A DNA stretch of 64,000 nt from Candidatus Omnitrophota bacterium (GTDB lineage: Bacteria; Omnitrophota; Omnitrophia; Omnitrophales; JACROU01): assembly GCA_029261035.1 (NCBI GenBank), contig JAJDCD010000010.1, forward strand, positions 142,612 through 206,611, given 5' to 3'. The notes under the pieces are model-generated. The model was not told the origin of the DNA and ran no database searches. It worked only from the letters and a program-made list of their open reading frames with translations. Position numbers and translations under genes: made by a program. How positions within the stretch are numbered: position 1 is the first letter of the stretch; every line of letters starts with the position of its first letter. Below are positions 57,637 through 64,000 of this stretch, piece by piece.

Positions 57637-58800
57637 TCAGCTTTTCGTCATCAATCGTAGTTTATGAACAACCTCTATCACTTTATTTGAGGCATATTCT
57701 ATTTCTTCACGCGTATTGCTTCTCCCAATCCCAAAACGAATAGCGGCATTCGCAACATCCGTGCTTAACCCAATCTCTTTAAGCACATAGGAAGGCTCTA
57801 ACTTTTCAGAATCACAAGCGGAGCCGGACGACGCCCCTACTTCTTGGTTCAAACCTAGAAGCACAGCATCGCTCTCTGTATGTTCAAAACTCATATTTAA
57901 ATTACCGGGCAACCGATGTTCTAAAGATCCATTCACTCTAATTTCGTCTAAATTTTTCTCAAATTTCTCTAGCAGATCATTTCTAAGCTCCGTTATTCGT
58001 TTTATATCCTCTTCCAAATTTTCTTTTGCAATCTCACACGCTTTTCCGAAACCCACAATCCCAGGGACATTCATCGTACCTGAGCGAACACCCTCTTCTT
58101 GTCCTCCTCCATGCATTTGAGCGACCAAATGAACTTTTGGATCGTAGGACCGAACCCATAAAGCTCCCACTCCTTTAGGGCCATACATTTTATGTGCAGA
58201 AAAAGACATAAGATCCACATTTAATTTTTGTACATCAACGGAAATTTTACCCAAGGCTTGTGCCGCATCCGAATGCAACAGAACCCCTCGTTTTTTTGCG
58301 ATCTTCCCCACCTCTTCCAATGGCTGAACCACGCCAATTTCATTATTCGCCAGCATCACAGAAATTAAAATGGTTTTATCCATAATTAAAGAATTTAATT
58401 CTTCAACATCAATCAAGCCCTCGGAATTAACTCCAAGATAAGAAACTTCAAAACCTTTTTTCTCCAAATGTTTAAGAGGATCCAAAACAGACTTATGCTC
58501 TGTCGTTACAGAAATAATATGATTTCCTTTAGAAGCATATTGCTCGCACACCCCTTTCAAAGCCAAATTATTCGCCTCGGTAGCACCGCTTGTAAACACA
58601 ACTTCCCCCGGCTTTCCTCCAATAAGCTTTGCCAACTGCTCGCGTGCTTGCCAGACCAATTCACCCGCTTTAATCCCCCAAGGGTGCATAGAGCTCGCCG
58701 CATTTCCAAAGCTCTCCCCAAAACAAGGTAGCATCGCCTCAACCACTCGAGGATCTACCGGAGTCGTCGCATGATGATCTAAATAGATAGGTAATTTCAT
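57637..58800 (-). CDS. iscS: Cysteine desulfurase IscS/NifS (group I)
   Basis: 387 aa. LDHHATTPVDPRV, SAHKMYGPKGVGALWV (PLP-Lys), SSGSACDS active-site Cys loop. Confidence 0.9.
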   Translation of the reverse strand: MKLPIYLDHHATTPVDPRVVEAMLPCFGESFGNAASSMHPWGIKAGELVWQAREQLAKLIGGKPGEVVFTSGATEANNLALKGVCEQYASKGNHIISVTTEHKSVLDPLKHLEKKGFEVSYLGVNSEGLIDVEELNSLIMDKTILISVMLANNEIGVVQPLEEVGKIAKKRGVLLHSDAAQALGKISVDVQKLNVDLMSFSAHKMYGPKGVGALWVRSYDPKVHLVAQMHGGGQEEGVRSGTMNVPGIVGFGKACEIAKENLEEDIKRITELRNDLLEKFEKNLDEIRVNGSLEHRLPGNLNMSFEHTESDAVLLGLNQEVGASSGSACDSEKLEPSYVLKEIGLSTDVANAAIRFGIGRSNTREEIEYASNKVIEVVHKLRLMTKS

Positions 58801-58811
58801 GGCATTCCTTT

Positions 58812-58935
58812 ATCTATTAGCGAATAGCGTAGAGCGTTTAGCGTATAGGAGTAAAACCCTCTCCTTATCAGGGAGAGGGGAAATTGAATTTGAATTACTA
58901 TACGCTCCACGCTAAATGCTCTACGCTATTATTAC
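58812..58935. repeat. Inverted pair of heptamer-repeat arrays (TAGCG-type) flanking a family G hairpin (CCCTCTCCTTATCAGGGAGAGGG)
   Basis: Forward array TCTATTAGCGAATAGCGTAGAGCGTTTAGCGTATAGG at 58812-58848. Reverse-complement array CTATACGCTCCACGCTAAATGCTCTACGCTATTAT at 58899-58933. Confidence 0.65.
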
Positions 58936-61900
58936 GCCATACTCGCAATCAAGTTCACAACTTTTTGTTTCAACAAAGCATTCTTCAAGAAACGTTCAAT
59001 GAAACGCTCTGTCACTCGATAACGATCATTTTCAAAAACAACATAGCCTTGTTTCAATAAGGCTTCAGGATCCTGCAACAGCTTCATCGCTAAAGCAAGA
59101 CTCACAAAATCCGTATAGAGCTGTTCTTCTTCAGACGCAGCTCTCTCGCCTATCGTCATCGGCCTGTTTCGATGGATCTCCAGCTCCCTTAAAACAGAAT
59201 CAATCACTCCATCGTCATCCATCCAAACCACTTCATCCCTAGATTCTAAACCACTATCCTTTTTTATCCAATTCAAACTTCTTCTTCCCTGCTCATCAAA
59301 CTCTACGGTTTTACCCGAAAGCAACGAATCTAAAAATTCATCGGGTTGCATCTTAACGTTTGGTAACGAAACAAAATAACCATGTTTTCTCATTTGAGCT
59401 TCTGTAAGAGAACCTTTTCGAATCATCTCCATCGCTAAACGGCTCATCGTTTCCTTATAAGCCTTATTATCATAATAGATCACAACCGTCTTTCCCTGAG
59501 CAATTTGCTGCAACACTGCATCAGGACTCATTTCTCCAGAAATCACAACCGCAAAGTTCGCGACTCCAAGGACATCAAACAACTCCTTCAAAGCAGGCTC
59601 ATCCTGAATTAATGTATTCATACGTTGTTGCATGGATTCCCATTCAGAAAATAAAATATCATAAATTTGCTGATAAATCGTTGGGAAATAAACACGCAAA
59701 TCCAAACTAATCATTCGACCTGCAGCATCCGTCATAATCAATATAGACTCAACTGAATTCTGATATTCCACATCTAAGACAGCACCCAAACTCTCCGCTT
59801 CGGCCTTATCCAACCATTCTTCTTCTAGTTCACCTTTAAGCAATGTGTCTGACAATCGATCTTTTCTTAACGCTTCAGCATACTGAACCAGCTGACCTTG
59901 TACTGTATCTAATTTTAAAACCTCTATTTTTTCTATAATTTCCAGAATCTCAGGTGTTTTTTCCAAGCGAATAAAATCCAGTTCTCTTTTTTCGTTGTGA
60001 CCTAAATTAATTAAATTAAAGGTAACTGTCTGCCTAAAACGCATTCTGTATTCTTGAGAAATAGAATGAATGGCCTTTTCCGCTCTATCCATATAACCCC
60101 TTTTACCCTCTCGACTCAAACTCTGCGGTAAAGCCAAGTACAGAGCAATCAAAATAAAAGCACTCTGGGATTCTTCACTTTCTTCTGAGAGGCTTAAAAC
60201 ATCTTCCACAAATGCTTCATCAATCGATTTATCTGAAGCAGCATAAGCCTCTAACGTATTTAAAAAAGACATTAAAACTCCCGAGGCATTTTTGGACTGA
60301 GCTATATCTATAAGAAATTGAAGGTTTAAAAACTCCTGATAAATGGGATTCTTAAAAGCCAATTCAACAAACATCTTCCAAGATCCAAAAGTAACATGCT
60401 CGGGAGGAACATTTTTAAGAGCCAGAAGTTTTTTTATTTTCTCTATATCTTCTTCAGAAAGGGCTCCAAAATATTCATCAACCCTTTTCAAGTTAAGAAA
60501 ACTTTTATATGCATTTTGAGAACGAGAATAAAATTGAAATAACAAATCAAGCCATTTTGCACAATCTGCCTTTTTGATGGAGTCCGTACGTTTCACTGAT
60601 TCAAGAATTTGATACACTTTTTCAGAATTATCTTGGGATAATATTGTTTTCCAGCTTGGATCAAGCTCTTCCCAAGGGCCCAATGCATGCTCTAAGTTCT
60701 TTTCATATTGTCCCAAGCTCTGAGCCTTAACTCGATCGAGCCATTCTCCTTCGAGCTTTTCTTCTCCCTTTGGTTGCTGGGTCTTTTCTTCCTTTTTCCA
60801 AATCTGATCCAGATTATATAATTGTTCTTGAACAGATTTTGGGTCCGAGATAGATAACCTTTCTAATACTTCTAAAAGTTCATCTCCTTTCTGATGTTTG
60901 ATTACAAAAGCCTCATGAACCATAGCTTCTCTCTCAGGCCCTATATGGATGATTTCACTTAACACTGAGGATAAATCTTTCTTTTGGTCGAGTTCTATAT
61001 CGCTTATAGTCATAAATATTTTTTTAAGCCTTTCGAACACTTGACCCCTCTCAAACACTGTTAAATCATTGGGGAAACTTAACAGAAGGATAAAAAATAT
61101 ATTTCTTTCTACAGATATCATTTTCTGCAATTCATGTAATTGACTTAATAACAAGGTATCAATAATACCTCCCCCATCAGCATAAGTCTCTAATTGATCA
61201 AAATATATTCCCGCATCCGTATCTGTATTATTTCTCTGAGAAATCATATAAGTAATTAAATCCCAATCTAATAATTCTTGATACTCTCTGTGTTTTTTTG
61301 TAAGTATTAAAAATGCTGTCCATGCGTTGATATAATAAATAAACCCATCTCCCTGAAGACTAAACTGATTAAAAAGTTGCTGCATTAACTGTAAAATATT
61401 TGTATTTAAAGAGTTCGTTGGGTCTGTATATACATGGAATGCAAATCTTTTCCATACCCCAGGAACTTCTTCCAAATCCAGACGCTGAGCCCTTGCCGTC
61501 AAAGACTGAAAAAAATCAAGCCAATCAACCAAATCTTCTGTCGTCTTAATGACTTGCTTGTCAACAAACAGGCTAAACACATCAATTAAATCAGCATAAG
61601 AAGAAATTACTTCCTGAGACTGGTCCGACAATAACTCAAAAGGAATCAGCTGAGAGAGATTAGACTCTTCATACTGCTCCTGTGCATTTCCCAAACTCTG
61701 CGCCACAGAAAGATCTAACCATTCCGTTTCTGTATTATTAGGCTCTATTATTTGCTCAGAGCTCATGTACTCATCAATCCATTCGTCTATTATTCTGTTA
61801 ACAGTTTTTGTTATTTCCTCTATAGGCAACACGTCAAGTCGTTCTAAAATTTCCAGAAGCTCTAAACCTTGCCGCTTGTCAATAAACAAACGTGCATATC

Positions 61901-63989
61901 TTTTAGATAGTCTGTTAAGAGCTCTATACAGTTCCTGATTTAGTCCCGTAAGATCACTGATAGAGTTAAAAATAGTTTCTATTCTATTAATATGATTTTG
62001 GTCTGTATTTGGAATGGCTAATGCTATTAGTATTGCTAGAGATTGAGAGCGCTGATCCCCATAGAAAATATAGTTTTGGCCGAATTTTTGAACGATACGT
62101 ATAAAACGGTTTAAGATATCAGGAAAAATCACCGGATTTATTAAATAAAATTCTCTAAGACGCTTTTTCCACTTATGGTAATCTAGACTAGAATTAACAA
62201 ACCCTTTATCTGTTAAAATTTGAATGAATTTTATAATGTCTGGGTGTTGATTCAACATTTCACGGTCTGAACTCTTAAAGTTATTGAACGGCATTCTACC
62301 TTCAAAAAATTCAACCGCAGAGCCTGGATAAAGGTCCTCTGCAGACTTTTCTCCTAAACTCTTTGCTTCTACTTGTTGTTGTCTTGCTCTATACCCCTTT
62401 CGCCTTAACTCACGCACTCTCCGTTGAAATCTTTTAAATGCGTGCTCTCCATGATAATCAACAAATTCTTTCTCATATTTGTATAGTCTTGAGAGGAAGT
62501 CGGATTGAGCTTCTCCAAGCAAAATTTGGGTTTCATAATCATCATTCTCATTTGCCGCCCTCATAATTTTTTTTGAGACATTTATCATAGAATGAGGCCA
62601 TCTTCGATCCATATTTTCTATCATCACTCGTGCTGGAATATTTTTAAGGTAATAAATAAAAAGAGGGGCTAACTCACGGTAGCCTAACCCTCTAGAAATA
62701 CCATACAATTCATCAAAATCTAAACTGAAGGCGCTTGTTTGAGCTACTTTTTCGTAGAACTCTTCTATGTCGCCTCTTTTTTCAATTTGCCGAAGAACTA
62801 TGATAAATTTTCTTGCGTTGTAGGCAATCAACTTCTTTTCTCTCTCCCATAAATTAAAAAAGGGCATTTTATATTTATCGTAGTCTAATTGAATCAAGGT
62901 TGAGAGAACATTGAATTGAATCATATCCACTTTATACAGTGTCTTTTTAAAAGGGTTCTGATACATATACTCTAAAGCTACTTTATTTTTTTCATTAATG
63001 GCTCTTCTGTACAAAGTATCAAAAAGCTCCTGAATTGGAACTCCCTCTTCCATCGCCTGCATTACAAGAGGTAAAAGCTTCTCTGTTTGCTTTCCTTTTT
63101 CAGCCACATCCGTCCACTCCAAAATAACATCATGTATTTCATTGTATCTCTCGATAGCTTTCGGAGTTCCTGTGTAAACGACTGGATTAACAGCGAAACG
63201 TTTTGGAAATAACTTCAAATCCATAACTGCTTCGTAAGCATATTTTTCAGGATTAAGTTTAGACAAATATTTTAAGGTTTTAGCTCTCTTTCGATACCAG
63301 TAAACATGATTCGCAGGACCCGCCATCATCATAGCGTACCAATTATTCACCGTTTTGTTATAAGCCACTTCAGGAGAGGCAAAGCCAAAGAAAAGATAAT
63401 AAAGAAGAGGGGCTATTAGTACCAATGCTAAGAAGCTCTTTTTCCACCAAGACATTTTCTGAGGAGGCGCTCTTTCAGCATTGATTAAACCGTCATCCCC
63501 TTCAGCATATTCATCTCCAGCATCTACATCCCCCAAACTAAACCCTTCTGCTTCCGGATCAAATTGATACACTTCCTGTTCTGTGTCTTTCGTGTAGGGT
63601 TCGTAAACGTTTGTGTTGGGGTTCCATTGAATGCGTGCAGGCTCCGATCTAAATTCCTCTTCTCCTTCTTTTTGGTATTTAAACTCTAATACCCATTTTC
63701 CGGTTTCATTGTGAAGGGTCAGTTCTACCTTTTTTAGATTAGTCACAGCTCCAAAAGCGAGCACCTTCTTCATTCGCTCTCCATTCGGTTGGGGGAAACT
63801 TTTCCGTAATTGTCCTTTAGACATCTGAACCAACTCTTCAACCCCTCCGACTTTTCGACTCTCTCCTTCTCTTAACTCATCAAAGGCTTCTTCTATTTTT
63901 CTTTCTAGCCTTTGCTTTTCGGTCTCATACTTCTTTCCATTCCAATAGACTCTTGCGATTCCTTCTTCTTTGCTCTCAGACTCATACAT
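58932..63989 (-). CDS. Giant (1685 aa) hypothetical protein with one TM helix and three repeated EWLD...(A/K)(Q/E)SLG modules
   Basis: Acidic N-terminal about 175 aa, a single TM (FLALVLIAPLLYYLFFGF), then about 1480 aa predicted helical. Internal repeats: EWLDLSVAQSLGNAQEQYEE, EWLDRVKAQSLGQYEKNLEH, EWLDKAEAESLGAVLDVEYQ. No catalytic motif recognised. Confidence 0.7.
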   Translation of the reverse strand: MYESESKEEGIARVYWNGKKYETEKQRLERKIEEAFDELREGESRKVGGVEELVQMSKGQLRKSFPQPNGERMKKVLAFGAVTNLKKVELTLHNETGKWVLEFKYQKEGEEEFRSEPARIQWNPNTNVYEPYTKDTEQEVYQFDPEAEGFSLGDVDAGDEYAEGDDGLINAERAPPQKMSWWKKSFLALVLIAPLLYYLFFGFASPEVAYNKTVNNWYAMMMAGPANHVYWYRKRAKTLKYLSKLNPEKYAYEAVMDLKLFPKRFAVNPVVYTGTPKAIERYNEIHDVILEWTDVAEKGKQTEKLLPLVMQAMEEGVPIQELFDTLYRRAINEKNKVALEYMYQNPFKKTLYKVDMIQFNVLSTLIQLDYDKYKMPFFNLWEREKKLIAYNARKFIIVLRQIEKRGDIEEFYEKVAQTSAFSLDFDELYGISRGLGYRELAPLFIYYLKNIPARVMIENMDRRWPHSMINVSKKIMRAANENDDYETQILLGEAQSDFLSRLYKYEKEFVDYHGEHAFKRFQRRVRELRRKGYRARQQQVEAKSLGEKSAEDLYPGSAVEFFEGRMPFNNFKSSDREMLNQHPDIIKFIQILTDKGFVNSSLDYHKWKKRLREFYLINPVIFPDILNRFIRIVQKFGQNYIFYGDQRSQSLAILIALAIPNTDQNHINRIETIFNSISDLTGLNQELYRALNRLSKRYARLFIDKRQGLELLEILERLDVLPIEEITKTVNRIIDEWIDEYMSSEQIIEPNNTETEWLDLSVAQSLGNAQEQYEESNLSQLIPFELLSDQSQEVISSYADLIDVFSLFVDKQVIKTTEDLVDWLDFFQSLTARAQRLDLEEVPGVWKRFAFHVYTDPTNSLNTNILQLMQQLFNQFSLQGDGFIYYINAWTAFLILTKKHREYQELLDWDLITYMISQRNNTDTDAGIYFDQLETYADGGGIIDTLLLSQLHELQKMISVERNIFFILLLSFPNDLTVFERGQVFERLKKIFMTISDIELDQKKDLSSVLSEIIHIGPEREAMVHEAFVIKHQKGDELLEVLERLSISDPKSVQEQLYNLDQIWKKEEKTQQPKGEEKLEGEWLDRVKAQSLGQYEKNLEHALGPWEELDPSWKTILSQDNSEKVYQILESVKRTDSIKKADCAKWLDLLFQFYSRSQNAYKSFLNLKRVDEYFGALSEEDIEKIKKLLALKNVPPEHVTFGSWKMFVELAFKNPIYQEFLNLQFLIDIAQSKNASGVLMSFLNTLEAYAASDKSIDEAFVEDVLSLSEESEESQSAFILIALYLALPQSLSREGKRGYMDRAEKAIHSISQEYRMRFRQTVTFNLINLGHNEKRELDFIRLEKTPEILEIIEKIEVLKLDTVQGQLVQYAEALRKDRLSDTLLKGELEEEWLDKAEAESLGAVLDVEYQNSVESILIMTDAAGRMISLDLRVYFPTIYQQIYDILFSEWESMQQRMNTLIQDEPALKELFDVLGVANFAVVISGEMSPDAVLQQIAQGKTVVIYYDNKAYKETMSRLAMEMIRKGSLTEAQMRKHGYFVSLPNVKMQPDEFLDSLLSGKTVEFDEQGRRSLNWIKKDSGLESRDEVVWMDDDGVIDSVLRELEIHRNRPMTIGERAASEEEQLYTDFVSLALAMKLLQDPEALLKQGYVVFENDRYRVTERFIERFLKNALLKQKVVNLIASMA

Positions 63990-64000
63990 AAACTCTAATT

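Overview
AT-rich Gram-negative chromosomal segment (lpxA and a TolC-like gene are present). Almost all genes lie on the minus strand and the intergenic spacers are packed with short palindromic repeats. The core is housekeeping. There is a TCA block (sucC partial, gamma-CA-like hexapeptide protein, sdhB, sdhA, sdhC, mdh, icd), then suhB and a MarR / TolC-like / RND efflux operon. Next comes an unusual Rieske/cytochrome b6-type bc complex with a 947-aa coiled-coil octaheme cytochrome c. After that: rnhA, cysE, two tandem ychF paralogs, rlmN, a two-component pair, mutL, mutS, lpxA, fabF, two ThiF/MoeB-type E1 enzymes, a SufS-like desulfurase, an MqnC/MqnE-family radical SAM enzyme, nadA, thiC, truD, iscA and iscS. 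The stand-out accessory items are listed next. (1) A 2292-aa signal-peptide-bearing protein carrying a degenerate plus an intact UDP-glucose-6-dehydrogenase module between unknown N- and C-terminal domains. (2) An XRE regulator divergent from two tandem 47-aa hydrophobic peptide genes; they share a perfect palindromic -35/operator. (3) Clusters of a GTGACNGTCAC palindrome element. (4) A heptamer-repeat leader fused to the Shine-Dalgarno of sdhB, sdhC, the sufS-like gene and iscS. (5) A translationally coupled radical-SAM / E1 / desulfurase module. (6) A 1685-aa repeat-containing protein of unknown function. At least five families of MITE-like nested palindromic repeats sit at intergenic sites. 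No rRNA, tRNA, CRISPR, transposase or integrase was recognised.
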